DNA of 36,300 bases. It comes from Veleropilina oligotropha. Its lineage: Eukaryota. Where the stretch lies: the NCBI GenBank assembly GCA_048128005.1, contig JBEUKZ010000115.1, positions 496,001 to 532,300 of the forward strand, in the 5' to 3' direction. The notes below the pieces were generated by a model. It made no database searches. It worked only from the letters and a program-made list of their open reading frames with translations, and was not told the origin of the DNA. Positions within the stretch are counted from its first letter, which is position 1; every line of letters starts with the position of its first letter. Shown one piece after another: positions 11,400-24,000 of this stretch. The translations under genes and the position numbers were made by a program.

Positions 11400-12620
11400 G
11401 AGAGTTCTTTGAGCCAATTAAGAGAACCAACTTGAAGACGATGGCCACTGCAAAAAAGGTTAAACTTACATTTCTTAAAGTCAAGTGGTACCACTGACGG
11501 CTACCTCGCAAATACAAACAAGGCAATAAGTGGAAATGCCCTGTTATATTACTTGAATGACATACCTGCTACATTTAACCATGCAGATAATTTGTAGAAT
11601 CAGACAAAGACGTTTGATGATGTCATAGTCAGTACTGACATGTAAAATACAAATTCTGTAAAGGCTCTTGAATGAAAGCGGAGAGGTTTAGAAAACTCTT
11701 TGTTCAAGGAGCTAACACTAATAAACACGTGATAGGAAGGTTTTCTTGTGAAATGGAGAAAACAGATACAGCTAATTGGGATATAATGCACACCTGTTAT
11801 TACAAGATGACCCGAAAGTAATTTCCATTAGGAAAGGAGAAGCTTTCGATATTGCCCAGCATAAATCGTTCCTGAATTGAGGTTAAATCAAGAATAAACA
11901 GACAGTAGGGTTGTTCTCTACTGTATCTATGCTGCAGAACAGGGATACCGGTATGCAATGGCCAAGAGTCCAGATGGTGAATTCTGGATCTTGCTGTATC
12001 ATGCCAGGGAAATCACTATCCTCTTCGATACATGTCATGTCAACCAGAAGCGCCTTAGTAGCATTACGAATTTTTCTAAACACTAAACAGGGCAAATCTC
12101 TGACGCGATGCTGGCGCTACATGCATTCACCGGTTGTGATTCGGTAAGATCTTTCATGGGTATTAAACAGATTAAACCTCTTCAATTGTTACTGAAATCA
12201 TCCTCAAACTGTGATACCTGAAGAATTTGGGAGATGATTGGAATGAAATGAGAAGTTGGAGAGTGTAGATGAAGTGCGGCACTTGATGCTCAAGTGGCAG
12301 TTAAGTCTAACATCCTGTAGCATTGACTGGCTAGATTGCCTCTGAGTAGACCGTGCTCGAAAGAACATGTTGCTCGGTCAAATTATCAGACAATATTGTG
12401 GAAAATGGCAAATTTTGGGCATCACATATGAGATTCCCAAACCCTGGGAAGGACATGGCTGGAAAGAGGATGGAGAACCACTCTGGTGTGCATATGAAAT
12501 GATCATACCACAAAAAGTAACGGATGTGCTAGCGATAGCTGCAACAGAACTGGAGGAATCTGATGATGAAACGGGAGAACAGGAATATGCTGCATATAGT
12601 AATACAGATAGCTCTCTGAT
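11400..12620 (+). pseudogene. Academ-type transposase/XPG-nuclease coding remnant
   Basis: Scattered in-order motifs: EFFEPIKRTNLKTM, CIYAAEQGY..KSPD, LFDT, AMLALHAFTGCDSVRSFMG, VDEVRHLML, RLPLSRPCSKEHVARSNYQTILWK, PKPWEGHGW, acidic tail; many stops and frameshifts. Family assignment from recalled motif pattern. Confidence 0.7.
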
Positions 12621-13174
12621 GAGAAGTCAAAGTGACATTTGTGATAACGAGTACTGGGACATTATAATTTACTGTGACCATGCAGGGACAGGACATTATT
12701 AGCAGAATGGAATGTGTAAATAAGTATTATCTTATATATGCGTTACTGTTAGAGATTCCTACAGAGACTAAAATATGAAACAGATGCTTATAAATATATT
12801 TCAAAAGATTCACCCAAATATTGAAAAAAGATGACATTCAGACTCTTTATCCTTTGGGTACATGCTTTAAAATTTCACCAGGTACATAATGTTCAAGAAA
12901 ATAGTGATCCCGATGAATGCTGAGGGGATGCATGGTTGGCCATCCTCCCCCCCCCCCCCCCCGTGTATTACTTTATATAGTATATGAGAAACGTAACGGT
13001 AAGTTCAGTGGCTATATCCAAAACGAGGGTAAAAATATATACGAAATTTATCACATAATTTGTAATATTTTCGGAAATAACTTCCGAAATACGTATTGTG
13101 TGCATGCGCTGGATTGGACCAATGCTTAATGTTGTGTATATTTAGTCATTAGGTTATAAGCAGGACATTTCCAT

Positions 13175-13338
13175 TTGCCGCGGGGAAACCCGTCGTCTCC
13201 AGCCAGTTACGGACAACTGATTATAACTGAACAATGAATGCCATGTCCCAAACGATATTTGAGCCCACTCCTGTTCGTTAGCGCAATTGATCCAGCGATT
13301 TCAGAGTCGGCACTCGCGATCACACGACTACCGGGGTG
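13175..13338 (-). mobile_element. tRNA-derived SINE fragment (family A)
   Basis: Reverse complement ccccggtagtcgtgtgatcgcgagtgccgactctgaa..ttgcgctaac aligns with 18742-18900. Confidence 0.6.
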
Positions 13339-13617
13339 GTCATTACTGCGTGCCTTTCGTAAGCTACAATCCTAGTATGTGTTTGTTGTCGACATTATAC
13401 AATATTTTACATAGAGATGTAAGCTAATCGTGGCGTCTCCAACTGGGGATATGACCTTGATCTTGCTGTCGAATGCTTTACGGAAGTCAATGAAGGTTAT
13501 GATGACAGCTTTCATCCCATCAATGAGTCGTCTGATAGACAGGCGCCGCGGGCATTGTTCTTTTTGGGAGAATTATGTAGATATATAGATATGAAAGTAG
13601 CCTATGCAATATGCCAG

Positions 13618-13742
13618 CTACTGCGGTTTATTATATTCGTACACCGACTTCAACTTGGAGCCACTCATCTCTTGTTGATAAATCTTCTCAAATAGTTCCG
13701 CTTCAGCCACCGTGAACCTGTTTTTCCAGTCACCAACAATCC
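13618..13742 (-). CDS. Sulfotransferase coding exon 5 (terminal)
   Basis: tttcag acceptor; [44 protein letters not shown] stop at 13618-13620. Confidence 0.93.
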
Positions 13743-16700
13743 CTGAAATGATTGAATATGCGAAATAACTCCATAGAACAATACATACTTCTAAGTAAAT
13801 TCAGCGATTTGAAGGAAATACATTTTCCGTTATATAGTACAGTGATTTTTAGTATTCAACTATTTGTGATATTTTATTGTCGTCATTTGCCAATAAAGAC
13901 TAATAAAATAGTCCGCATACCCAGAATAGACCTCGATCCGGGCAAGTCTCATCTCAATATTTGAAAGAATAAACCAGTATTGTATCTTGAAATCAGGCGT
14001 CACTTGAATATTATCTCTTGACAGTGGTTATGACTGATATATTTGACGTGACTGAGCACGACAATATCCATGTTTCAATAAAAAATATACCTCATGTAAG
14101 CCGTTTCTACTAAAAAGTACGAAGAAATCGAGATATATAATTAGACTTAAATATAATTTGTTACCGTTTTGGAAAGTGTAATTATGCTATTCATTTCAAA
14201 TTAAATATTTTGGTTGCTTGCCAACTACAATATATCTAGAGTCCGAAAGCGCGGATCCATGCAATTTGTAAATTGATTCACTGATATTGATTGCACTATT
14301 TTACTTGGAAGGTTATTCCAACCCGATTTCAGGTAAAATAACGAGTTGTTGAGTAATTAAATGCACTTTTATAACTCCAGCAAATATTTTTTCAATTTAT
14401 TTATTAAACTAATATTATTTATTTATTAAAATCCAAGTACGGTTTAATGGATAAATGTCCGGTTATATTGAATAGCATACCAAAGGTAGACTGGCATTTA
14501 ATCGTATGGTCATACCCTTCCTGTAAAGGTTTCTCTTTGCCACCTGGCTGGTTTCCAGTAAAATGGACTCCTTTTGCTTTTTGCTGTTACGGAATTGACA
14601 ACTTTCGGCGACTTCAGCACAAAATTCTGCACTGTGATCGAGACCCAAAAACTCGGATATCCGCTGGACTGCACTCTCTAAATGCTGAAAACAATAACAA
14701 AGATGACCATCTATGTACTGCATCAGGATTTAGCTTCTAAAATCACTCTATTCCAATTGTAAGCAAAGAAATATAGTTTTTCAACAATTCAAAACTATTA
14801 ATAACAAGACAATCCGAGACTGAAAACCTTCGCCCTGATAGTTAAAGACCATTAATTTTGATGTCAATGTATTCATTGAAAATACGTGTCGGCATTTTGT
14901 TTATTAAAATCCATTGTAGGTAAATCACAGATATAAACGCTCTTTAAACTCCAAATTGATTCACTTGCACTCGAGTAGACTCACTAGTACCTGAATTTTT
15001 TCAATTGAGTAAATAGCGCCAGAGCCGAAAATCCGCAAACCGAAAATTGCGTCATACAATCCGAATAGCTTGCCGATTCCGACTATTGCCCGTATATGCG
15101 CTCTTTCTTTTTTAAAAAGAAAACTAACAGCATTACACTTTTTGTTTATAAAAAGTTAGGAAATGTCAACAGTCAACTTTCGTCAGTAATTTTCTGCTGT
15201 TTAAATTAATCGCTACTGAATATTTAAAAATAATAAAACGCGGTCCGCGTTTAATTACCTCGCACCGAGTATTTCCAATTGACCTAGTTGGAGCACAGTT
15301 GCGTTGGTTTCTGCTCGTCAAGTAAGATAGCTTTCTACTTGACAATAACATATATTGCCCAGTTACAATAATTAATTTCAATAAAAGTCTATCATTTGAT
15401 CATATATCGGTCATATCTTCGCGAAATTTGTATCAATCTGCGCGAACCGGGCGATAGAGGGAGCCAGGACAACACGTGCCAGAGACAACTCGTGCGAAAG
15501 AGCGCATTTACGGGCAATAGTCTCTTTAAGGAGTACTAACCGAGTTTATGGTGGATTCTATCTTGTGGCAAAAATTTATTAAATTTATTAAATTTTATCA
15601 ATGGTCGTTGAGATAGAGCTGAAAATCCGCAAACCGGATATATTGCGTCGTATAATCCGAATCCGCTTTCTGAGTTCGATTATCTTAAGGCAGTTCCCAG
15701 GATGGACTCTATCTTGTGTAAAAAAATGCGTAAATCGGATCAATGGTCGTTGTGATAGAGCTGAAAATCTTCAAACCGGAAATTGCGTAATAAATTCCGG
15801 ATCCGTTTTCCGATTCGAATAATCTTTTAGGATGACCGACCCTAGGATGGATTCTATCTCTTGTCAAAAAGTTGAGTAAATAGGATCAATGGTTGTTGAG
15901 ATAGGCTCGCGGACAGACAATCCACAAACCGGAAATTGCGAAATTGCGTAATAAAATCCGGATCCGATTCAGATCATCATAGAGGAGAACCGAGCGTATG
16001 GTGGACCCTATCTCGTGTGAATAAAATTGAGTTAATCGGATATATGCACCCGGACAGACAGACGGACAGACAGACACACAGACAAAACGACCCGATTGCA
16101 ATACCTTCTCCCACCACTACGTGGGTGAAGGTAATAATGTAAACATTACACTTGGAATACGTCCTTGCATATAAAATTTTCAAGACACTATCAATCGGCA
16201 AACACACAGCGAATGCGTTTTCATTAAATGAAAACAATGTCACATCAATACAAATATAACACTTTATAAACCTCTAAACATATGGTCTGTCAATGCACGT
16301 ATCTTCAACAATTATCGGCAATAGTCACTTAAAGTATCTGCATATATACGTTGAGTATCTTTGAAATACTCACCTTTTAAGATTATGTACAACATATATT
16401 AGAAATATTGACGTGATTAATATTATTATTTAATACGACTAATTCGTAAAACAACATGGTTCATAGTGATGGTACTAATATAAGGACAAATCACGTTTAT
16501 TGCATAGGTCTAAAGGCCCAGTCACATCATAGCGATAACTATACCTTTAAACTGTACATATAACTTTCAAATAATCGGTCCCCTGTGATTTATTTGGTGG
16601 TGGTTACACCACACCGATAACTCTAACGATCCATAAGGAAAGACTGTATAACTATCGGGTACATTGCTTTGAGAGCGATTTTTCGATGACTGACCTATCC

Positions 16701-18557
16701 TATATTATATCTGAACCAATCATTTCATTGTTTACATGTTACGTCAGCTGATCAAGTTAGCTGTACACGTGAATCTTATCGGAATATCTTTTCACCTCGT
16801 TATTCATTATGGAAGAACAACTAATTTTAGAGGTGGAAAAGAATCCCGTCTTGTATACGACAAGAAACACAAACTTTACAAGAATGTAATAAAGAAAGAG
16901 GATATCTGGAGCGTGATAGGCGATGTAATAGCAATAAAAGTAGATCATCTTCGCTATCACTATCTTCCATTGTGCATGCACACTACACATACACCCGGGA
17001 TCAAACATATACATGTACCACACAAATCTACTGCTCTACATTCCACTGCCCGTGCACGTGACACGCTTGTCTGGTTGATGGTTCCCAACGAGTTTTATCC
17101 GCCATTAGGCCTATCGGTAATGGTGTGACTAGCCCAATATATATAGTTATGGATATAGTAATAGGTATAGTTTACAGGTATAGTTCTCGCTATGGTGTGA
17201 CTGGGCCTTTAGTCGATCACCGATGTTTGAATGGATGGCCATGTCCCAGAGTGCTCGGATGTTGCAGACAATGCTGTCTGCGCAAATAGAGATGGGCCAG
17301 ATTATCATACGACTGAAACATTATTAAATGTAGTCGCAATATAACTGATGCTCATCAAATCCATATCGGTGATATTTTCCTAATAGTATTGTATATGATC
17401 AAACTTACCGTTTTCATGTCCTCAAACCTCAGTTTTAAAATGGATATATCTGGATTTGAAGCCAATGCATTTTCCCAGCTGCGGATATACCGAAACCAGG
17501 TTCCATAAAATACTGAAATATATGACATGGGATGACTATTTTGTAGATACGACAAGTGTAATAACTGGCAGCAAATGTAATAAAGTGCGGCTTTCCCCGG
17601 TGATCGGGCTTTCCTTCCACGATAATATGGACATGTCCTGCTTTGAACCTGATGGTTGGAAATATACGGGACATTAAGCATCGATCCTTTCCTTTAACAT
17701 TTTGAAGTAAGCAGTAATAGCAGTACTCAAACGAAGTCGGTTCGTTTGTTAAAAAAGATAGTAATCACTATCGATTACTAATGTGACATTTGAGAATCCG
17801 GGAAACACACACTATTACCAATTGAAATAGTGTACTGTGTTAACAAACCATTGTCAATTGAAATATTGCTATCATTTTTAACACAGCAGTTCTCACCTTT
17901 TCCAGCCATATAGTCTGTGAAGTACTCCGACCATGACCCTCGGGAATACCCATTGCTTTTGTGAAATTCATAAAATGATACTATAGCATCCCTGGGATCT
18001 CGTGTGATGGAGATGACTTTGCATTTACGAAACATGTCTGCCGGCAACTTATCAAATAGGACATGGGAGTGCATGACGCGAGGAGAGCGGGCTTGTTCTA
18101 TGATGGTCTGTTCCTGGAACTCAATGAGCATGTCCAAGAGATCGTAGTCGCCATGCTTCGCCACCCGACGGAGCAGCATTAGAACTACCTCCATCACCCA
18201 ATGGCTTCCTGTACATGAAAAATATGATATTTTAAGTGGTAAATATATCAACTAATAGTAGTGAAGACAAATGGAAAACATATATGGAATCGTGTTTTGC
18301 TGAAAATGACATTGAAGAGATGTTTGCGACATTTGATCAATCTGCCATTTCCTTCTTTTAATTAAAATCACGTGATATTAAATCTGATCTGTCATCACGC
18401 ATATCTTGCTTAAAATATAATTACCTGATTTAGGATATGCAAGAATATAGACGTCATCACTTCGTGTGATCATATTCTGAATATTCTGTACTTTATCTTC
18501 TACATTTGGAAAAGGCGGATAAGCAACCCCACTAATTACGGCAGGCACAGCTGACAT
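13618..18557 (-). CDS. Cytosolic sulfotransferase (SULT1-like, Sulfotransfer_1 family), 5 coding exons, 280 aa
   Basis: join(18557-18425, 18208-17897, 17512-17409, 14684-14516, 13742-13618) = 843 nt, open frame, all GT-AG. Motifs YPKSGSHW (5'-PSB), [16 protein letters not shown] (3'-PB), [19 protein letters not shown]. Confidence 0.93.
14516..14684 (-). CDS. Sulfotransferase coding exon 4
   Basis: ttttcag acceptor; [36 protein letters not shown](G); donor gtatga. Confidence 0.92.
14803..16138 (-). mobile_element. Intronic HINE-like element, family 2
   Basis: Ends aacaagacaatccgagactgaaaaccttcgcc and gattgcaataccttctcccaccactacgtgggtgaaggtaataat (hairpin), (GACA)n microsatellite, roughly 145-bp degenerate core repeats aaatccgcaaaccggaaattgcg. 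Confidence 0.8.
15081..15525. mobile_element. Kolobok-like MITE copy 1, nested in the HINE
   Basis: TIR gactattgcccgt(a)aatgcgctcttt / aaagagcgcatttacgggcaatagtctct followed by TTAA; highly similar to 33715-34159. Confidence 0.8.
16514..17208 (+). mobile_element. PIF/Harbinger deletion derivative with MADF-domain remnant
   Basis: TIR aggcccagtcaca(t/c)catagcga, TAA/TTA flanks; from 16809 [16 protein letters not shown], frameshift, [21 protein letters not shown] (MADF/Myb-SANT-like). Confidence 0.8.
17409..17512 (-). CDS. Sulfotransferase coding exon 3
   Basis: tttcag acceptor; [35 protein letters not shown]; donor gtaagt. Confidence 0.93.
17586..17690 (+). mobile_element. SINE family A 3' fragment
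   Basis: Similar to 18887-18982 (ttccccggt..gatatgg(a/g)catgtcc..aacctgatggt..aaatatac). Confidence 0.55.
17897..18208 (-). CDS. Sulfotransferase coding exon 2
   Basis: tacag acceptor; [48 protein letters not shown]; donor gtgaga. Confidence 0.93.
18425..18557 (-). CDS. Sulfotransferase coding exon 1
   Basis: ATG at 18557; [44 protein letters not shown](G); donor gtaa. An acceptor-like tttcag just upstream (exon start 18584) suggests a further 5' UTR exon. Confidence 0.88.
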
Positions 18558-18741
18558 ACTTCGATATACAGGAAATCACAAATCCTGAAATAGCATAATA
18601 TTAGTAGATATAAATGCCACCTAACGACAGACACAAATTAATAATATCTTCGTCCTTTTCCAAACGACCTGCTATCGTTATTACGATTTAGATTTAGATC
18701 GATTTGTCTTATTGGTAACACCCGTCAGGATCATACCAGGG

Positions 18742-18985
18742 TTCGCCCCGAAAGTCGTGTGGTATAGAGTGCCGATTCTGAATCACTTGCTCGATTGCGC
18801 TAACTAAAAGGAGCGAGTACGAATATATCGGCTGTGTCATTCTTTGTTCATTTGGCTATCGCAGTTGTCCCTAGCTGGCCGGAAAGGCGGGTTCCCCGGT
18901 CGACCGAGTTTTCCTCCCGCGATGATATGGGCATGTCCATCTTAAACCTGATGGTAGCAAATATACAGGAAGCATCAATCCATCA
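18742..18985 (+). mobile_element. tRNA-derived SINE (family A)
   Basis: A-box-like agtcgtgtgg and B-box-like gagtacgaata; homologous to 13175-13338 and 17586-17690. Confidence 0.6.
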
Positions 18986-19299
18986 ACATCAGGACATTAT
19001 CTCTATCACCTCTATCTACTCCATGATGTGATTGATTAGTTGATCGGAAAAGATTCAGACAACTTTGATTTATCTAAAATGTAAAAAAAAACCATAGTAG
19101 TGAGAAAATCTTAATCCATTTTGACCTAGTTTTTTTGGGTTATAACTGTTGATTATTCTACACGAATCCACGACCGCAACTCTATTGTGTCCGTTTAAAA
19201 GACCAATTAAACAAGCGTTCTGTGCATTAATTCCGTTCTATGAACGATTCCATTCCAGAAAGTGAGGAAAGCATGTTTAACGCAGTAGATCATCCAAAT

Positions 19300-19889
19300 T
19301 ATTATATACTTTATAAATAAACGCACTCTCATTGGCCGTATCCTATACACGTTACTAGTCCATAAATATCCATATTCACCGGTTTTCCGGTGAATATCAA
19401 CTGTCCAAATATAGTTTACGAAACGCCTGTTTATATGTCAATTTCAATCAAAGTGCATGCGCAGTGAAGATGATGTCTGTTGTAGACGACCACAATTATT
19501 GTTGACACCGATCCCATTGAAACGACTGTTCGTTTTGCTACATTTTACGATGATTAAAATCATTGACATAATGCGATACATTGTTTATTATTATGTTAAT
19601 ATGCAGTTGAATATTATTTTATTGTAAAACAATTGCCAATTGTTTGAAAAAAATTACATTTTGAAGTTTTCAAAAAACAGTTTAAAGTTGTGTATTTCTT
19701 GTTGACATAATTGGTAGAAAACAGATGTTTATGGTTGAAGTATATAACAAAACAGTTGTGGACTTTTGCGTTGGTAAATATGATGCGATATGAACCTAAA
19801 AACTTATATTGACCTCGGTTAACGCCTCGGTCAATATAAGTTTTTTAGGTTCATATCACATGATATTCACCACCGCAAAATTCCGTAAT
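19300..19889. mobile_element. Non-autonomous element with terminal long hairpin (Crypton-like, tentative)
   Basis: Stem of ~55 bp across 19755-19889 centred on gacctcggttaacgcctcggtc; short hairpin atattcaccggttttccggtgaatat at 19372-19397. Confidence 0.5.
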
Positions 19890-21234
19890 CAGGTTAGGGG
19901 AGAAGTCACTTTTCGGGATATATAAATTATGTGAACCAATATATGTAAATAATGCTTTGAAATTGCGCCTCCGTGGTCCTTAATTTCACGGCTAAAAATT
20001 GACGAAATCGGACATTTTTGTCGAATTTTCGTCGTTGAATTAATGCCTAGTGCGGCTCAATTTGATTACATCATTTACTTAAGTTATATAGCCTCTCATA
20101 TACTTACATTTCCTCGATGTTTGTTACTTGATGTTTGTTGCTATAGGTATTGCTTTTCTGTCGACGACGGCGTCGTCAACAATTGTTAATGTTTTGCGTT
20201 TAGGTCTTTTTTTCAAAAATATATGTTCTAGATCAACGTAACTTGGACCATAGATGCTTCATCGGTACTGTTGTTTACTGAATGCTTCGGATGCTTTATA
20301 TATAACTTAGAATTTATGTACCGTGACTTTGTCAACATAGTAATCTGTGTTATGCTTTTACGTTAAGTTTTTGCGTTTAGCTCTGTTTCTCAAAAGGTAT
20401 ATGTTCTAGATCAATTAAACGTAGACCATAGATGCTTCATAAGTGTATGAGCTGAGGGTGGTACATAGTATTACATATTAATCCTTCTAATTTCCCCCCT
20501 CACCCCCCTCATGCTCACCCCCCTCCAAAAAAAAAAAATTATGAAGAAGTTCACGATTTATTTTTGCTATGCCTACACACTATAGCAGTTATTCTGAAAA
20601 GTTTCATTATGCCTTGAAATATTGAGGATAGAAAGTATTATGTTTGTATGATGAAAGGGACATATGCTTATCTGTAAGACTTGCTCACTGCCGATAGGCA
20701 CAGTAAGCTGTTAAGCTTAATGGTCATTATGAGAAGCTGGGATTGTAAAAATCAGATGGATTTTGAAAACTGGCTTCCCATTGGTTTGTTCCATGGGTAT
20801 CTTGTGATGGCAGTATATATTGCCATAACAAGAACAGACAGAATCCAGTGTCTAATATCACCCTCCTCTACTGGTCAAGGTTCAAGTCATTATATCACCG
20901 GACTATTGTCCAGGATACTATTTTGTCATGGTTTGTCTGCCAAATATATTTAATCTCGTGCATATAATAATAAGATATTGTATTTATTTCTGTTTCTCTG
21001 AAACTTTAAGTCTTACAATAACTATATTAGGATCAACACTGCATAGGTTGTACTTCTGAATTCTTACTTTACAAACTGAAAATGTGACCCTTTTCAAAGT
21101 AAGCGGGGATGGGCGAGACATATAATTTCGCGGAATTTCTTGTTAAAATTATATATCGCGATCGGGATATATTTTATATCCCGATTGAGATATATATATA
21201 TATATATCCCGCAAAGTGACTTCTCTCCAACCTG
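19890..21234. mobile_element. hAT-like non-autonomous TIR element (CAGG ends)
   Basis: caggttaggggagaagtcacttttcgggatatata at 19890 is inverted relative to tatatcccgcaaagtgacttctctccaacctg ending at 21234. Confidence 0.55.
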
Positions 21235-21390
21235 ATAATAATTGTATAGTGTTCTATTTATCTGCGGGCGAGTCCATTATAATACACTGTATTAGAATGG
21301 ACTCGCCCGCAAATAAATCGAACACTATACAATTATCAGGTTGGAGAGAAGTCACTTTTCGGGTTATATATCCCGATCGGGATATATATC
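21151..21390. repeat. Long palindrome (~240 bp)
   Basis: Arms from tatatcccgcaaagtgac..gcgggcgagtccatt to aatggactcgcccgc..gtcacttttcggg, centred near 21286. Confidence 0.9.
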
Positions 21391-21492
21391 TCACAAGTGG
21401 ACACTGAGAATAAAATAATGTCAATTATTTTAACGCGTAGACAACACTTTTGCACTGACAACAAACGTCAAGCACACTAAATACACGTTTAA

Positions 21493-22321
21493 AGCTGACA
21501 TTCCATATATGCGGAAATAGCCTGCGGCAATCCGGCAACGGCATCCGGCAAAAATCGAAATGGTCATTTAATGAAGGAGAGATTCCATATATGCGTCAAC
21601 GGCATCAGGCAAAAGAAATCGTTCCATGTAGCGATTGATGCCGTTGCCACAGGGTTACCAGACGGGGAATTCCACAATATGACATAATTTTAAGGGCTTC
21701 CCCAGTCTTTCGGCGCCAAATTAAACCAACAACAGAACCTGATAAAAGGTTTATTCTCACTTTTCCCACTTTTCCACCTCTACGCATTCTCCCTTGTCCC
21801 ACTTTCAATTTGTCTGATAGCAATGAGTACCGGTACGTAATTAAGAAACTATAGTCTGTTGAACTGTGTTCACTTGGCTATAGATTATATAAGAAAAAAA
21901 ATGAAATTTGCGAATTGGATGTATTTCGTTATATTTTATATGAAAATGTTATCCGGAACATTTACAAGTATTCGCGGTATTAAGCAAGAGAAATGTAGGC
22001 CTATATCGTATATGCCACAATATTTTTATTTTTCATCAATGATTTTATATGTTGAACTTTGTTCTCAACAATAATAATACTAGTAATCTATAGACACGAT
22101 TTTTTCCCCGGTACAACTTGGTGATGAAGAACTATAAGGTCTTGGTCTAACGGACATTGCTGGACTAAAATATTTCGTTCCTGCTCTGTGAGACGTTGAC
22201 TGCCTAAAGAATATCTCATGTGTTTTCCGCGTACTAGTATATGGAATGGTGCAAATCTGACATTGTCGGATGCCGTTGCCGGATGGTCGCAGGTTATTTC
22301 CGCATATATGGAATGGCAGCT
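21493..22321. mobile_element. Harbinger-like MITE
   Basis: TIR agctg(a/c)cattccatatatgcggaaata..ccggcaacggcatccg at both ends, TTAA/TAA flanks; extra partial TIR at 22330-22366. Confidence 0.78.
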
Positions 22322-22533
22322 TTAATGCCTGATGCCGGATTGCCGCATATATGGAATGTTAGCTTTACCGTTCAAAAGAATCTGGCAACACTTCATATAA
22401 TGTTGTTGCTCATATGAACGATTTTCCATTGCTTTACGTTGAAGCGAGCACCGAGAGTTATTTAAATTTTGTATTGCAGAAATGTCGTTAAAATACAATA
22501 TCATTATATTTGCAATATTATACAGTTTACCTG

Positions 22534-23113
22534 GGGTGAGTTCTGCGGAAGCGAACGTTAGCTAACACCACCTACCGTTTTCTGGGATACTGAACGCCAG
22601 TTGACAACTTCCCTCGTCCTAACAGATCAAAAAGTCTCTTGGTAAACAAGTAATTTATGAAATACAAGGCTGTTTATTTTCCATCTGCATTTCCATTACA
22701 CATTGCTTTTAGTATTTAACATATACGAGTTGCAGATGATCCGTTTAACCACAATAAGTATATGATGCAATATACCTCACATGGCCATCGATAAATAAAT
22801 TCCCCCCTGAATTCAAATAAATTTGTTGTTATTTATAATACGATACAGCAGAGAGCACAAAAACGAAAATAAGAGAAATGTATAAAGATACTTAATAGCG
22901 TTTTAGTGAAAGATGGACAATTTGTTAAGCATTATCCAAGCTATTCAACTATTTCGAATGTATCACATACATTTTATATTTACTGGCAGCCATGTTGTGT
23001 CAGCTGGCCGTTCTCTTTCCGTTCGCTGTCGTTGTTTCAGAAAATCGTACAAAATGAATAGTTAGCTAACGTTAGATGGCGTTTGCTAACGTTCGCTTCC
23101 ACTGAACTCACCC
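22534..23113. mobile_element. Harbinger-like MITE with CTG TSD
   Basis: TIR gggtgagttc(t/a)g(c/t)ggaagcgaacgttagc; ctg at 22531-22533 and 23114-23116. Confidence 0.8.
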
Positions 23114-23408
23114 CTGATGCTCTCTACAGAGGTAAATCCCATGTGTGCTCGGATCGAACAGCTGAAGCCAAGCGAAGCGTGCTTTGAAATCTACATCGTC
23201 GTGACGCAAATATATTCACCTTGCATGTCGATAAAATTGCACTTAACGAGCACATTAAACGTCTATTTATAAAGATGATTCCTTTTAATTGGAACTGATG
23301 TCCGACGGGGGTTTGGGAGGACAATCTACATTTTACATAAATGTTTCTTATTTTTATTAAATTGGCGATTTTTTGTATATATTAATGATTAACAAGTAAA
23401 ACATAGCA

Positions 23409-24000
23409 AACAAGGCAATCCGAGATTGCAAACCTTCGCCCCGGTGGCAAGGAATAATGGAAGGTAGAAATCTTTGCGAATAAATGTTGGAGAACATTTT
23501 GAGTCTAATTTGAAGTTTGTATGCCGAAGCGTTCTAGCGCTAGAGCCTAAAATCCGCAAACCGAAAATTGCGACATAAACTCCGGATCTTCTTTCCGACT
23601 CCGATCATCTGTAATGAGGACCGAGCATAGACTGAACCCTACCTTGTTAAAAAAATTAAGTAAATCGGTTCAATAGTCGTTGAGTTAGAGCCTAAAAAGT
23701 GGAAACGGTAAATTGCGTCATAAAATCCGGATCCGCTTTCTGACTCCAATCATATTTAAGGAGGACCGATCCTAGGGTGGACCCTATCTTGTGTCAAAAA
23801 GTGGATAAATCGGTTCAATGGTCGTTAAATTATAGCTGAACATCCGGAAATTGCGTCATAAAATTCGGATCCGTTTTCCGATTTTGATCATCTTTGAAGA
23901 GGACCGAGATTAGTGTGGGCCATACCGTGTGTGATATAAATGATATAAATCGGATCAATTGTAAACTGTTCGCACGGACCTCCGCCCAGTTGACCAGACC
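23409..24000 (-). mobile_element. HINE-like element family 2, partial
   Basis: aacaaggcaatccgagattgcaaaccttcgcc end plus three core repeats homologous to 15600-16040. Confidence 0.75.

Noticed and set aside
20140..20440. ~177-bp direct repeat resembling a HINE core
   Set aside because: Only two partial units and no clear termini; left as part of the enclosing element.
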